A stretch of DNA of 45,744 bases from Candidatus Nealsonbacteria bacterium (GTDB lineage: Bacteria; Patescibacteriota; Minisyncoccia; Minisyncoccales; CSSED10-335): assembly GCA_003557585.1 (NCBI GenBank), contig PWOE01000113.1, positions 1 to 45,744 on the forward strand, read 5' to 3'. The notes beneath the pieces were generated by a model. It was not told where the DNA came from. It made no database searches and saw nothing but the letters and a program-made list of their open reading frames with translations. Shown in pieces: positions 26,266 through 35,965 of the stretch. Each line of letters begins with the position of its first letter. The stretch's first letter is position 1. The position numbers were made by a program, and so were the translations under genes.

Positions 26266-27279
26266 TTATCTTTGTTTTCTTAGAAATTCCGCTGCCTTTT
26301 CTGGCTCGATAGTTGAAATCTCGATTCCAAAGCCGAGTTCAAAGCCAGCCCAGACAGAGGTTTTTGGCATGATTGTCCAGTGCCAATGATAGTATGAGTG
26401 ATCTTTACCATCTCTTGGAGCAGAGTGAAGGTAAAAGTTGTACGATGGATCTCCCAAAGCTTTATCTAGCTTTCTTAAGACATCTTTAAAAGCTTTAGCT
26501 AAATCTTCCTTCTCTCCTTCTTTAATATCCTGAAAGAAAGAAAGATGTCTTTTGGGAGATATGATTACCTGAAAGGCTGACTTTGAAGCAAATGGGCAGA
26601 GAGCGACAAAGTTTTTGTTTTGGTAAACTATCCTTTTCTTTTTTTTAATCTCCCACTTATTCATCTTGCAATAGACACAATCTTTTTTCTTGGCATATCT
26701 CTTTGCTCTATCAAGGGCATCTTCTAGGTCAGAGTCTATTAAAGGCAAACCAATTATCTGAGAGTGAGGATGATATATTGTAGCACCAGCCTCTACTCCA
26801 TGATTATGAAAGATGGCAACATATTTTATAAGCTTCTCTTTGATTAAACTCTGATATCTGTCTTGGTAGATATCAATCACCTCTTTGATGTGACTCACTG
26901 GCAATCTTGCTAACGATTTGTGGTGGTCTTTAGTGATAACGACCTCGTGAGAACCTATAGCATTCATTCTTTCAAAGAGACTGTTCTCTTTTCTTCTATT
27001 TAGCTTTCCATCTTTAATAAAGGCTGGGTACTTGTTAGGAATAACAACGGTTGTCCATTGCTTTGAGTCTAATTCTTTCTTTTCGCCATTGAAATAAAGA
27101 GCTAGCGGCCTCGCCTGATCTTTTATGTCGCAGAAAGGACAATCTTTTTTAGGCGTTGCTGGTCTCTTTTTTTTAGCCTTGAATGTTGCCGGTCTTTTAC
27201 CTCTACCAGTGGCGATAACGACCCAGTTTTTACTGCTTACATCTAGCCTTAATTCTGAAGGAAACTTATCTTTTTTCAT
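26266..27279 (-). CDS. galT: galactose-1-phosphate uridylyltransferase-family (GalT/HIT) nucleotidyltransferase
   Basis: 337 aa. CPFC zinc motif, NKYPA, FHNHGVEAGATIYHPHSQI (HxHxQ active site). Confidence 0.7.
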   Translation of the reverse strand: MKKDKFPSELRLDVSSKNWVVIATGRGKRPATFKAKKKRPATPKKDCPFCDIKDQARPLALYFNGEKKELDSKQWTTVVIPNKYPAFIKDGKLNRRKENSLFERMNAIGSHEVVITKDHHKSLARLPVSHIKEVIDIYQDRYQSLIKEKLIKYVAIFHNHGVEAGATIYHPHSQIIGLPLIDSDLEDALDRAKRYAKKKDCVYCKMNKWEIKKKKRIVYQNKNFVALCPFASKSAFQVIISPKRHLSFFQDIKEGEKEDLAKAFKDVLRKLDKALGDPSYNFYLHSAPRDGKDHSYYHWHWTIMPKTSVWAGFELGFGIEISTIEPEKAAEFLRKQR

Positions 27280-28012
27280 CGTAAAGTCCTTTTAAATGAT
27301 TCCATCTTATCTCAAATAGCTCCTTGAATACTTGAAAGTATCCCTTTATTCCAACTTTACTCTCTGCATCATTTATCCAATGAACCGGAATGATACCTAT
27401 CTTTTTCTTATATCCTCTCTTTTTGGCTAGAAATAGAATTTCAATATCAAAACCCCATCTTTCTATTCTCAGCTTGGGAAATATTTCTTGAACAATTTCA
27501 TCGGTGAATACCTTGAAGCCGCACTGAGTGTCCCATATCCCAGATATAGCAAAGACTTGTATAATTAAGTTACCGATATTACCTAAAATTCTTTTAATAA
27601 GTGGTTGAGGAATCGCCTGCTTGGCTCCCTTGGCATCTTTTGGATCTCGGCTTCCTATAACAATTTTATAGCCTTCATCGAAGAGAGGCCATGCCTTTTC
27701 TATATGATCTATTGATGTTGAATTATCAGCATCCATAAATAGTCTATATTTCCCCTGAGCTATAAGCATTCCTTGCTTAACCACTCCTCCCTTGCCCTTG
27801 TTCTTTACATTGTCAATCAACTTTAAATGAGGAATCTTCTTTTCAAAACTTGTAACTAAATCTGCTGTCTTGTCTTTTGAGCCATCATTTACAACCAATA
27901 TCTCATAGCTGTACTCTTGGTTCTTCAAATAGCCATTTAAAGATTCCAACGTTTTAGAAATTCTTTTTTCTTCGTTATAGGCTGGGATAACAATAGATAG
28001 ATCTTTTGACAT
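27266..28012 (-). CDS. family-2 glycosyltransferase (dolichyl/polyprenyl-phosphate glycosyltransferase-like)
   Basis: 248 aa. LSIVIPAYNEE, VVNDGSKDKT and FMDADNS (DxD). GT-A fold. Confidence 0.8.
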   Translation of the reverse strand: MSKDLSIVIPAYNEEKRISKTLESLNGYLKNQEYSYEILVVNDGSKDKTADLVTSFEKKIPHLKLIDNVKNKGKGGVVKQGMLIAQGKYRLFMDADNSTSIDHIEKAWPLFDEGYKIVIGSRDPKDAKGAKQAIPQPLIKRILGNIGNLIIQVFAISGIWDTQCGFKVFTDEIVQEIFPKLRIERWGFDIEILFLAKKRGYKKKIGIIPVHWINDAESKVGIKGYFQVFKELFEIRWNHLKGLYDEKR

Positions 28013-28061
28013 AATTTATATATTTAACCTCATTAATAATATATCATAGCGAAGCATAAAT

Positions 28062-28808
28062 TTAAAACGTTGCTGTTAAAATCTCTGTTCCAGAGCTTGT
28101 AATAGCTACTGTGTGTTCAAACTGAGCTGATAATGATCCGTCCGCTGTCTTATATGTAAAACCGTCCTCTGACTTCTTTGCTTCCGCTGAACCATTGCCT
28201 ATTATCGGTTCAATGCAGAAGACCATTCCTTCTCTTATCTTTGGCCCAGACTTCTTTTTACCAAAGTTTAATATTTGAGGATCTTCATGAACCTCTTTAC
28301 CTATGCCATGACCGCAAAAGTTCTTGATTACAGTGAATCCTTGAGACTCGGTATGTCTTTGAATTGCTTCACTGATATCTCCAAAAGTTTTACCTGCTTG
28401 AGCTTTCTTGATGCCTCTCTTGAGAGCCTTCTTGGCAGCTCTTATGAGTCTTGCTCTCTCTAAATCTATCTTACCTACACCAAGAGTCACTGCCATGTCT
28501 GTATGATATCCATTATACAAGAGACCTATATCTAAAGATATCATCTCTCCTTCTCTTAAAACTCTGTTTGATGGTAGTCCATGAACAATCTCATCATCTA
28601 TAGAAGTGCAAAGAGATGCCGGGAATCCTTGGTATCCTTTGAAAGATGGTTTACCAAATTTAAAAAGCAGACTCTCAGCAAGTCTGTTTAAATCATTGGT
28701 AGTTATTCCTGGAGAGACTTTTTCTTGTAGCTGAGATATTATCTCCGACAAGATTTTCCCACCCTCTTTCATTGTCTCAATCTCTTTGGGTGATTTAAGA
28801 TGTATCAT
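28062..28808 (-). CDS. map: type I methionine aminopeptidase
   Basis: 248 aa. Metal ligands in the contexts DEIVHG, ISLDIG, YHTDMA, CGHGIG, FCIEP and FEHT. Confidence 0.95.
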   Translation of the reverse strand: MIHLKSPKEIETMKEGGKILSEIISQLQEKVSPGITTNDLNRLAESLLFKFGKPSFKGYQGFPASLCTSIDDEIVHGLPSNRVLREGEMISLDIGLLYNGYHTDMAVTLGVGKIDLERARLIRAAKKALKRGIKKAQAGKTFGDISEAIQRHTESQGFTVIKNFCGHGIGKEVHEDPQILNFGKKKSGPKIREGMVFCIEPIIGNGSAEAKKSEDGFTYKTADGSLSAQFEHTVAITSSGTEILTATF

Positions 28809-29473
28809 TATTTTTTTAACTTCTTGAGAATATCTTTAAAGACATCGTCTATCGATTGATTGCCATCTATTTCAAAGAAATTCTTCTTTTTTTGATAAAA
28901 TCTTACTGTTGGCATAACTTCTCTCTTGTACCATCCCCACCTTAAATTGATTGCTTCAACAGTGTCGTCTTTTCTTGCTACCAAAACTCCTCCACACTTA
29001 GAACATTCTGAAAGACTTTCTTTAACTAAAGATCCTTCTCCGCAACTTTTGCAAATTCTTCTTTTGGCGAGCCTCTCTATCGCTTCTTTTTTAGAAATCT
29101 TAATGAAAAATATTTTAGTCTCTTTATACCAGCTGTACCAATTAAGTGCCTCCTCCATCATCTTTGCTTCAAAAATTGTTCGTGGGCTACCATCAACAAC
29201 CAATCCCTTGAATATTCCTTTTCTTTTAATCTTCTCAAACTCTTCCATCCAGATCTTAAAAACAACAGGCGTAGGAACTCTTTCGCCGCGATGTATAACA
29301 TCTCCTATCTTCTTGCCAGTATAATCATTTTTACTAGCCCGAGCCCTCAATAGCTTGCCGCTACCGATATAATCTAAGTCAAACTTTTCTTGAATCATTC
29401 TCGCTTGAGTTCCTTTTCCTGACCCAGGTGGACCAAGCAAAATAACAACAAAATTTTTTTTAGAAGGTTTCAT
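28808..29473 (-). CDS. adk: adenylate kinase (Cys4 zinc lid)
   Basis: 221 aa. P-loop LLGPPGSGKGTQ. Lid CKSCG...CSKCGG. Confidence 0.93.
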   Translation of the reverse strand: MKPSKKNFVVILLGPPGSGKGTQARMIQEKFDLDYIGSGKLLRARASKNDYTGKKIGDVIHRGERVPTPVVFKIWMEEFEKIKRKGIFKGLVVDGSPRTIFEAKMMEEALNWYSWYKETKIFFIKISKKEAIERLAKRRICKSCGEGSLVKESLSECSKCGGVLVARKDDTVEAINLRWGWYKREVMPTVRFYQKKKNFFEIDGNQSIDDVFKDILKKLKK

Positions 29474-30758
29474 ACTCCCTCATTTGAAGTTGAGAATTTA
29501 TCTGCTTTATTGTTTCTAAAACAACACTGACAATAATTAAGACAGAGGCTCCTCCAATCAAAAATTGAAAATCTTCTATCTGAATTTGGGTTATCACTTC
29601 AATTAGCCATCTTATAATCCAAGGCATTATAGCGACAATTCCCAGAAAGAGACCTCCCAAAAACAAGGTTCTGTTTAATATATGCCCCAAGAACTTAGCT
29701 GTTGGCTCGCCCGGCCTAATCCCCGGGACAAAACCACCCATCTTTTTAAGGTTGTCTGCCACATTCTTGGGGTCAAATGTAATTGCAGTATAAAAATAAG
29801 TAAAGGCAAAGACCAAAATGAATGTTAAAGCTCCGAAAACCAGTAAACTATCGAGGGTATTGGCTATAAAACCGGCAACACTACCTAAGAAGCCACCAAT
29901 TCTAGACATAAATTGAGCTAATATCGATGGCAAAGAGACGAGAGAAAATGCAAAGATTATCGGAATAACTCCAGCTGGATTGAGGTTTAATGGAAGATAT
30001 GTAGAGGATCCGCCATAAAGCTTCATGCCTCTTACTCTTTTAGCATATGAAATTGGAATATTCCTTCTAGCTTCAGTGAAAAGAATCACTCCGAAGATAA
30101 TTGAGGCTGCCATCAGAAAAAGAAGAACATATGCTTGTATGGCACCTGGATAATCTCTGATGCTAGCAATCATATTGAAGGTATTAATGGGAAAGTCAGC
30201 GATAATTCCAGCAAAAATTAAGAGAGATACTCCATTACCTATTCCTTTTTCTGTAATTAATTCACCTAACCACATCAAAAATACAGTTCCTGCAGTGATT
30301 GTAGCCAGAGCGTTAATTGTTGCCATTAAATCTAATGGCTCAATCACTCCTTGCCCTTGAAAAAGAGCCAGCATTCCATATCCCTGAAGAAGGGCAAAAG
30401 GAATTGTTAAAAGTCTGCCATACTGATTTATCTTTTGCCTGCCAGCATCTCCTTCTTCTTTTTGAAGTTGCTCTAGTGCAGGGAAAACCATAGTTAAAAG
30501 CTGCATAATAATGACAGCTGTGATGTATGGTCCAAGTCCAAGCATAACGATAGAAAATCTATCAAGTGCTCCACCGGTAAAGGCACTCGCAAATTGAAAG
30601 ATTCCGAAATCTTGAAAAAATGCCTGCATACCTTCGGTATTGATGCCCGGCATCGGAATGTTCGCCATTAATCGAAAAACTACAAAGACGCCTAAAACAA
30701 AGAGTATCTTGTTTCTTAGCTCTTTGATTTTAAATATTTGGATAAGCTTTTCTATCAT
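29460..30758 (-). CDS. secY: preprotein translocase subunit SecY
   Basis: 432 aa, 10-TM pattern. LGLGPYITAVIIMQLL and GNGVSLLIFAGI. Confidence 0.96.
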   Translation of the reverse strand: MIEKLIQIFKIKELRNKILFVLGVFVVFRLMANIPMPGINTEGMQAFFQDFGIFQFASAFTGGALDRFSIVMLGLGPYITAVIIMQLLTMVFPALEQLQKEEGDAGRQKINQYGRLLTIPFALLQGYGMLALFQGQGVIEPLDLMATINALATITAGTVFLMWLGELITEKGIGNGVSLLIFAGIIADFPINTFNMIASIRDYPGAIQAYVLLFLMAASIIFGVILFTEARRNIPISYAKRVRGMKLYGGSSTYLPLNLNPAGVIPIIFAFSLVSLPSILAQFMSRIGGFLGSVAGFIANTLDSLLVFGALTFILVFAFTYFYTAITFDPKNVADNLKKMGGFVPGIRPGEPTAKFLGHILNRTLFLGGLFLGIVAIMPWIIRWLIEVITQIQIEDFQFLIGGASVLIIVSVVLETIKQINSQLQMREYETF

Positions 30759-31186
30759 TATAGCATAGAGCCTTTAGCTTTCTCTATCTTGTTCTTGGCT
30801 GCTTCGGAGAGAAGGCAATCTTTTATCTTTAATGATTTATTAATTTCTCCCTTGCCAAGTATCTTAACCTCTGGCTTTTTCCCTGAAGCTCTGCGAATCA
30901 TCTTTTTTTCAAGCAATGTCTCGGGAGAAACAACTTCATTTTCTTTGAAGTTGTCGTTTATATCTTTCAAGTTAACGATTGCAATTCCCTTGTCCTTGGA
31001 ATTGAAATTATAACCTCTAAGCTTATGATATTTCTTAATAATACCTCTAATTGGTGGTTCTAGCTTTCTTCCAGCTCTCGCTTTCTGTCCTTTAACTCCT
31101 CTGCCAGAATAGGTGCCTCTTTTGCCACCTCGACCAACAATCTTTTTTTTAGCTTTTTTAGATGATTTAACTTGATGAATCTGCAT
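30758..31186 (-). CDS. rplO: 50S ribosomal protein L15 (uL15)
   Basis: 142 aa. VGRGGKRGTYSGRGVKGQKARAG. Confidence 0.93.
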   Translation of the reverse strand: MQIHQVKSSKKAKKKIVGRGGKRGTYSGRGVKGQKARAGRKLEPPIRGIIKKYHKLRGYNFNSKDKGIAIVNLKDINDNFKENEVVSPETLLEKKMIRRASGKKPEVKILGKGEINKSLKIKDCLLSEAAKNKIEKAKGSML

Positions 31187-31192
31187 AATCTT

Positions 31193-31687
31193 TTATTTAG
31201 AATTATCTGATACGCTCTCCTCTGGAAGCTTTAATTTCTTTAAGGCCTCTATGGTCGCCTTGGCATTATTAAGCTTGTTATTTGTTCTGCTAACTATTTT
31301 AGCTGATATATTTTTGATTCCAGCTAAGTCGCATATAATTCTCACTGTTCCTCCGGCTACAAGACCTCGTCCCTTTTTCTGGGGCCTTAAAAGAACTTGA
31401 GCCGCACCATACTTGGCTTCAATTTGATGCGGAATAGTGTCATCAATTATAGGAACTTTAATTAATTCTTTTTTAGCGAGATTTGTTGCCTTGTTTATCG
31501 CCTCACTGACATCGCTTGACTTGGCGACTCTAACTCCAACTCTTCCTTTTCTGTCGCCAACGACAACAACGGCTTGGAAACGAAGCCTTCTCCCTCCAGC
31601 GGTCATCCTTTCAACCCTTGAAAGACCTAGAAGTTTTGAGTCAAATTCTTGGTCTTTTTTCTTTTTGAAATCTTTTTTCGCAATCAT
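31193..31687 (-). CDS. rpsE: 30S ribosomal protein S5 (uS5)
   Basis: 164 aa. RVERMTAGGRRLRFQAVVVVGDRKGRVG and GRGLVAGGTVR. Confidence 0.95.
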   Translation of the reverse strand: MIAKKDFKKKKDQEFDSKLLGLSRVERMTAGGRRLRFQAVVVVGDRKGRVGVRVAKSSDVSEAINKATNLAKKELIKVPIIDDTIPHQIEAKYGAAQVLLRPQKKGRGLVAGGTVRIICDLAGIKNISAKIVSRTNNKLNNAKATIEALKKLKLPEESVSDNSK

Positions 31688-31691
31688 AAAA

Positions 31692-32027
31692 TTAAAACTT
31701 TAATCCTTCTTTTTTAGCTCCTTCAGCCAAGGCTTTAACTCTGCCATGATAAAGATAACCTCCTCTATCAAAGACAACTTCTTTTATCTTTTTTTCAAGG
31801 GCTTTTTGAGCAATTAATTTGCCAACTTCGTTGGACAAAGATATATTATCTTTTTTCTTTGTCTTAATCTCTCGACTATCAGCAGAGACTATTGTTTTCC
31901 CCTCTGTGTCATCTATTATCTGAGCATAGATGCCTTTGGCAGATCTAAAGACCGAAAGTCTTGGCTTCCTTTTGTCACCTGAAATTTTGGCTCTTATTCT
32001 TTTGTGTCGTCTTTCCCTGTTTGACAT
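31692..32027 (-). CDS. rplR: 50S ribosomal protein L18 (uL18)
   Basis: ATG at 32027 ([17 protein letters not shown]...PRLSVFRS...[25 protein letters not shown]). The longer ORF to 32090 would overlap rplF by 59 nt. Confidence 0.93.
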   Translation of the reverse strand: MSNRERRHKRIRAKISGDKRKPRLSVFRSAKGIYAQIIDDTEGKTIVSADSREIKTKKKDNISLSNEVGKLIAQKALEKKIKEVVFDRGGYLYHGRVKALAEGAKKEGLKF

Positions 32028-32031
32028 ATTT

Positions 32032-32577
32032 TTAAGCGTCAGATCCGGTTGCTTTCTTGCCAACCTTTCTTTTAACAATCTCGCCGACATATCTAATTCC
32101 CTTGCCCTTGTATGGTTCGGGTGGTCTTATCTTTCTTACCTTGGCAGCTGTCTGTGTCACTTTTTCCTTATCAATTCCAGAAAAAGTTATAATATTCTTT
32201 TCTATCGAAAAAGTTACCCCTTCTGGTTGATCAACTTTAACCGGATGAGAGAATCCTAAGCTTAAAATAAGAGTCTCTCCTTCCATAACTGCCTTGTAAC
32301 CAACTCCTTCAATCTGAATCTTCTTTTCAAATCCCTCTGAAACTCCTGAAACCATGTTATTAATAAGGGCTCTGGTTAATCCCCAATATGCTTTGCTTTT
32401 CTTGGTCTCTTTGCAAGGGGAAACTGTAATCTCGTCATCCTTTATTTCAACATCGATCTCTGGTCTAATCTCTCTTTTCAGCTCACCCTTAGGACCTTTA
32501 ATTGAAACAATCCTGTTTTGCATCTCTGCAGTTACTCCTTGAGGCATTTGTATCGGTTTTTTCCCTATTCTAGACAT
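32032..32577 (-). CDS. rplF: 50S ribosomal protein L6 (uL6)
   Basis: ATG at 32577 ([15 protein letters not shown]...). [11 protein letters not shown] near the C-terminus. The longer ORF to 32640 overlaps rpsH. Confidence 0.93.
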   Translation of the reverse strand: MSRIGKKPIQMPQGVTAEMQNRIVSIKGPKGELKREIRPEIDVEIKDDEITVSPCKETKKSKAYWGLTRALINNMVSGVSEGFEKKIQIEGVGYKAVMEGETLILSLGFSHPVKVDQPEGVTFSIEKNIITFSGIDKEKVTQTAAKVRKIRPPEPYKGKGIRYVGEIVKRKVGKKATGSDA

Positions 32578-32581
32578 ATTT

Positions 32582-32971
32582 TTACCAAATTTGAAATAAT
32601 ATTTCGCCTCCATTCTTCTTGAACCTAGCCTCTTTGTCACTCATTATTCCTTTAGAAGTTGATATCAAGGCCATGCCGGCACCGCTTCTCACTCTCTTGA
32701 TATCTGTTGCTTGAGAATAGATTCTTTGCCCGGGAGTTGAAACTCTTTTTATACCAGAGATAGCTGGTTCATTGTCATCATACTTTAATTCAATCTCAAT
32801 AATCTTGTTAGGTATCTTGCCCTTCTTTTCTAAACTCAAAATCCAGTTCTCTTTTTTAAGAGCCTTAGCAATCTCGTGCTTTAAAGAAGAATAAGGAATT
32901 TTAACTGTTTTCTTGGAAACAGCTTGGGCATTCTTTATTCTGTTTATCATATCTGCTATTGGATCGGTCAT
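32582..32971 (-). CDS. rpsH: 30S ribosomal protein S8 (uS8)
   Basis: 129 aa. MTDPIADMINRIKNAQ...LISTSKGIMSDKEARFKKNGGEILFQIW. Confidence 0.95.
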   Translation of the reverse strand: MTDPIADMINRIKNAQAVSKKTVKIPYSSLKHEIAKALKKENWILSLEKKGKIPNKIIEIELKYDDNEPAISGIKRVSTPGQRIYSQATDIKRVRSGAGMALISTSKGIMSDKEARFKKNGGEILFQIW

Positions 32972-32980
32972 ATTTTTATA

Positions 32981-33166
32981 TTACCAACTTGATTTTCTAA
33001 TTCCGGGGATTAAACCTTCGTTGGCCATCTCTCTGAAACAGATTCTGCATAGACCAAAATCTCTAAGATAGCCTCTTTTTCTGCCGCACTTGAAACAGCG
33101 TCTCACTTCACGAGTGCTGAATTTCGGTTTCTTTTTTGACTTAGCGATTTGTGATTTCTTGGCCAT
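32981..33166 (-). CDS. rpsZ: type Z 30S ribosomal protein S14 (zinc-binding, 61 aa)
   Basis: [20 protein letters not shown] with a C-terminal W. Canonical position between rplE and rpsH. Confidence 0.93.
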   Translation of the reverse strand: MAKKSQIAKSKKKPKFSTREVRRCFKCGRKRGYLRDFGLCRICFREMANEGLIPGIRKSSW

Positions 33167-33171
33167 AATCT

Positions 33172-33726
33172 TTAAGATTTAATCGGAAGACCTATTTTTT
33201 TTAATAAACTCAACCCTTCTTCCTTATTGCTTGCAGTTGTCTTTATCGTTATTTCAAAGCCAAATATATTTTTAAGTTTTTCGGCGGAAACTTCTGGAAA
33301 GATGATCTGCTCTTTTATGCCTAATGTATAGTTGCCTGCCTTATCAAATGATTTACTATCCAGCCCTTTGAAATCTCTCGACCTTGGCAAGGCAACATTA
33401 ATAAGGCTTTCTAGGAAATTATACATTCTATCTTTTCTTAGCGTCACCTTAACTCCCATGGGAACTCCCTCTCTAATTTTGAATGCTGCTATCGACTTTT
33501 TAGCTTTTGTTACCACTGGCTTTTGCCCGCAAATCAAAGATATCGCTTCACTAATCTCTTGAATAAACTTTCTTTGCTCGTCAGATCCCTTTGAAGAAAT
33601 CTCCTTACCAAAGCCGACGTTGACAACAACTTTTTCTATCTTGGGAACAGCCATAACGCTCTTATAGTTAAACTCTTTTTTCATGGCTGGAACAACTTCT
33701 TTCTTGTATTTGTCTTTCAATCTCAT
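33172..33726 (-). CDS. rplE: 50S ribosomal protein L5 (uL5)
   Basis: 184 aa. [35 protein letters not shown] and RDFKGL. Confidence 0.95.
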   Translation of the reverse strand: MRLKDKYKKEVVPAMKKEFNYKSVMAVPKIEKVVVNVGFGKEISSKGSDEQRKFIQEISEAISLICGQKPVVTKAKKSIAAFKIREGVPMGVKVTLRKDRMYNFLESLINVALPRSRDFKGLDSKSFDKAGNYTLGIKEQIIFPEVSAEKLKNIFGFEITIKTTASNKEEGLSLLKKIGLPIKS

Positions 33727-33731
33727 CTTGC

Positions 33732-34037
33732 TTATATCTCTTTATTACACTTTTTGCAAAATCTCTTTTTATTCTTATCGGTGACTTTATAGCCTACTTT
33801 GGCTGCTGTCATGCATTTAGGACAGACCAAGATTACGTTTGAAACGTGTAGTGGAGCAGGAAATTCAACAATTTGACCTTTTTCGCCACTCTTTTTCGGT
33901 CTAACGCTCTTTTTCTTGAGATTAACATTCTCTACGGCAATCTTGTTTTTATCGTTAAAAGCCTGAACAACTTTGCCTTTTTTGCCCTTGTCTTTACCGG
34001 TTGTCACAAGAATTGTATCGCCTTTTTTTATTTTCAT
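33732..34037 (-). CDS. rplX: 50S ribosomal protein L24 (uL24) with C-terminal CxxC...CxxC
   Basis: Canonical start MKIKKGDTILVTTGKDKGKKGKV at ATG 34037. The track ORF starts at a TTG (34094) and an ATG at 34067 is also possible. KOW motif. CPKC...CKKC at the C-terminus. Confidence 0.88.
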   Translation of the reverse strand: MKIKKGDTILVTTGKDKGKKGKVVQAFNDKNKIAVENVNLKKKSVRPKKSGEKGQIVEFPAPLHVSNVILVCPKCMTAAKVGYKVTDKNKKRFCKKCNKEI

Positions 34038-34086
34038 ATTTAATCTTTTCTTTAGCGGCTCTGGCATACTAACAAAGTTTGCCTCT

Positions 34087-34458
34087 TTAGACAAGTTCTC
34101 TCGCCATGCCTGCTACTTTGTCAAAACCTTTCTCTCTTAATTCTCTGGGAATCGGTCCAAATATTCTTCCACCCTTAGGGTTTTTGGTCTTGCCATCGAG
34201 AATAACCACTGTGTTTTCGTCAAACCTGATGTAAGAACCATCTTTTCTTCTGTAGGCTTTCTTTTGCCTAACCACAACCGCTCTTGTCACATCGTGCTTT
34301 TTAACAACTTTTCTCGGCTCAGCTTCTTTCACAGCAGTAACAATGATATCTCCTATCTGAGCATATCTTCTTCTGGTGCCCCCTAAAACTCTAAAGCACT
34401 GAACAAGCTTTGCCCCAGAATTATCAGCTACTTTTAGCATTGTTTGCGGTTGAATCAT
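34087..34458 (-). CDS. rplN: 50S ribosomal protein L14 (uL14)
   Basis: 123 aa. [17 protein letters not shown]...[11 protein letters not shown]. Confidence 0.96.
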   Translation of the reverse strand: MIQPQTMLKVADNSGAKLVQCFRVLGGTRRRYAQIGDIIVTAVKEAEPRKVVKKHDVTRAVVVRQKKAYRRKDGSYIRFDENTVVILDGKTKNPKGGRIFGPIPRELREKGFDKVAGMARELV

Positions 34459-34700
34459 TGTTCTTTATTCTCTTTGCTAATAATTTTCCATCTTTTGTCT
34501 TTGCTCAACGGTCTTGTCTCTTCGATTAAGACCTCTTCGCCAATCTTGCATTCATTCTTCTCGTCATGGGCCTTGTACCTCTTGTGAGATCTATATTTCT
34601 TTTTATATTTTGGGTCTTCTTTTAATGTCTCAACATTAACTACAATGGTCTTATCCATTTTATCTGAAACTACGACTCCTTTTAATTGGCGTTTTGGCAT
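34455..34700 (-). CDS. rpsQ: 30S ribosomal protein S17 (uS17)
   Basis: 81 aa. [16 protein letters not shown]...[17 protein letters not shown]...RPLSKDKRW. Confidence 0.93.
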   Translation of the reverse strand: MPKRQLKGVVVSDKMDKTIVVNVETLKEDPKYKKKYRSHKRYKAHDEKNECKIGEEVLIEETRPLSKDKRWKIISKENKEQ

Positions 34701-34701
34701 C

Positions 34702-34890
34702 TTATTTTTTCTCTTCTTTTAATATGGTTAGTATCTTTGCAATCTCTTTCTTATTTTTAGATATCTGTTTAACATTCTTGATTTTACCTGCAGAGTTTCT
34801 GAAGTATAAATTTCTTAAATCCTCCCTTTTTTTATCAAGCAGCTCTAGCAGATCTTTTTCTGGTTTTTTTCTTATTTCTGAGATTTTCAT
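34702..34890 (-). CDS. rpmC: 50S ribosomal protein L29 (uL29)
   Basis: 62 aa, helical and K/E-rich ([26 protein letters not shown]). Canonical position between rplP and rpsQ. Confidence 0.88.
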   Translation of the reverse strand: MKISEIRKKPEKDLLELLDKKREDLRNLYFRNSAGKIKNVKQISKNKKEIAKILTILKEEKK

Positions 34891-34892
34891 AA

Positions 34893-35303
34893 TTATCGCT
34901 TAATGAATTTAGTTTTAACTGGTAGCTTGTCAGAGGCCTTTCTTAAAGCGCTTCGAGCATCTTCTTCTTTTATTCCATCTATCTCAAAGAGAACCCTGCC
35001 TGGATTTACGGGAAAAACATAGTGATCAACTGATCCTTTACCTCCTCCCATAGGAACCTCATTGCCTTTACTTGTTACTGGCTTGTTGGGAAAGATTCTG
35101 ATCCATAGCTTACCACCCTTTCTTAGATATCTGACAATAGCTCGTCTAGAAGCCTCTATCTGTCGTGAAGTTATCCATTTAGATCCTTTGCTTTGTAAGC
35201 CGAAGGAACCAAAAGAAAGCTCATTTCCACGCATCGCAACCGATCTATCTTTGCCTTTGTGAGATTTTCTGTGTTTTACTTTTTTCGGTATTAATAAAGA
35301 CAT
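34893..35303 (-). CDS. rplP: 50S ribosomal protein L16 (uL16)
   Basis: 136 aa. PKKVKHRKSHKG, ITSRQIEASRRAI and MGGGKGSVDHYV. Confidence 0.96.
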   Translation of the reverse strand: MSLLIPKKVKHRKSHKGKDRSVAMRGNELSFGSFGLQSKGSKWITSRQIEASRRAIVRYLRKGGKLWIRIFPNKPVTSKGNEVPMGGGKGSVDHYVFPVNPGRVLFEIDGIKEEDARSALRKASDKLPVKTKFIKR

Positions 35304-35304
35304 C

Positions 35305-35958
35305 TTATTGGTTGAACTTATCTCCTTTGTATATCCAGACCTTTATACCGATTGCGCCATAAGAACATCTGGCAATTCCTTTGCTGTAATCTATGTCTGC
35401 TCTTATTGTCTGCCTGGGCAATCTTCCTTTTTTAGTCCATTCTTTTCTGGCAATCTCCACCCCATCCAATCTTCCTGAGAGCTCCACTCTAGCGCCAATA
35501 ACCTCCTTGTTAAGCATAACCTTCTCTATAATCTGCTTTAGAACTCTTTTATAGGGAACTCTTCTCTCTAGTTGTTGAGCAATCCATTGCCTAGAGAGTG
35601 AAGCTGAAAGCCAAGGATTTCTAATCTCTTTAATTTCGATATTGATATCTCTCTTGTCTTCCTTGTCTTCTTTCTTAATAATCTTTACAACCTCTTTCTT
35701 TATCTTTTCAACCCCTTCACCTCCTCTACCGATAATCAGCCCTGGTCTTGAACTAAATATAATTATATTTAGCTTCTCAGTAAATCTTTCAATTTCAATC
35801 TTTTCAACTCCCATCTTGTCAAGTTTTTTGTTCAAGAAATCTCTCAATTTAAAATCTTCTTCTAGATATTTAGAAAAGTTCTTTTTGTAGAATCCCCTGG
35901 AATCCCAGTCATTCATTCTTCTCGCCCTGTATACTTTTGGATGTACCTTATGTGACAT
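35305..35958 (-). CDS. rpsC: 30S ribosomal protein S3 (uS3)
   Basis: 217 aa. SHKVHPKVYR, KH domain (IIGRGGEGVEKIK), C-terminal GRLDGVEIAR...GAIGIKVWIY. Confidence 0.96.
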   Translation of the reverse strand: MSHKVHPKVYRARRMNDWDSRGFYKKNFSKYLEEDFKLRDFLNKKLDKMGVEKIEIERFTEKLNIIIFSSRPGLIIGRGGEGVEKIKKEVVKIIKKEDKEDKRDINIEIKEIRNPWLSASLSRQWIAQQLERRVPYKRVLKQIIEKVMLNKEVIGARVELSGRLDGVEIARKEWTKKGRLPRQTIRADIDYSKGIARCSYGAIGIKVWIYKGDKFNQ

Positions 35959-35965
35959 AATTTAT

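Noticed and set aside
32981-34037. Zinc-ribbon (CxxC pair) forms of S14, L36, L28 and L24 as something unusual.
   Set aside because: Cys-containing forms of these r-proteins are widespread in bacteria. The CPKC...CKKC pair in L24 is less familiar to me, but it is not clearly novel.
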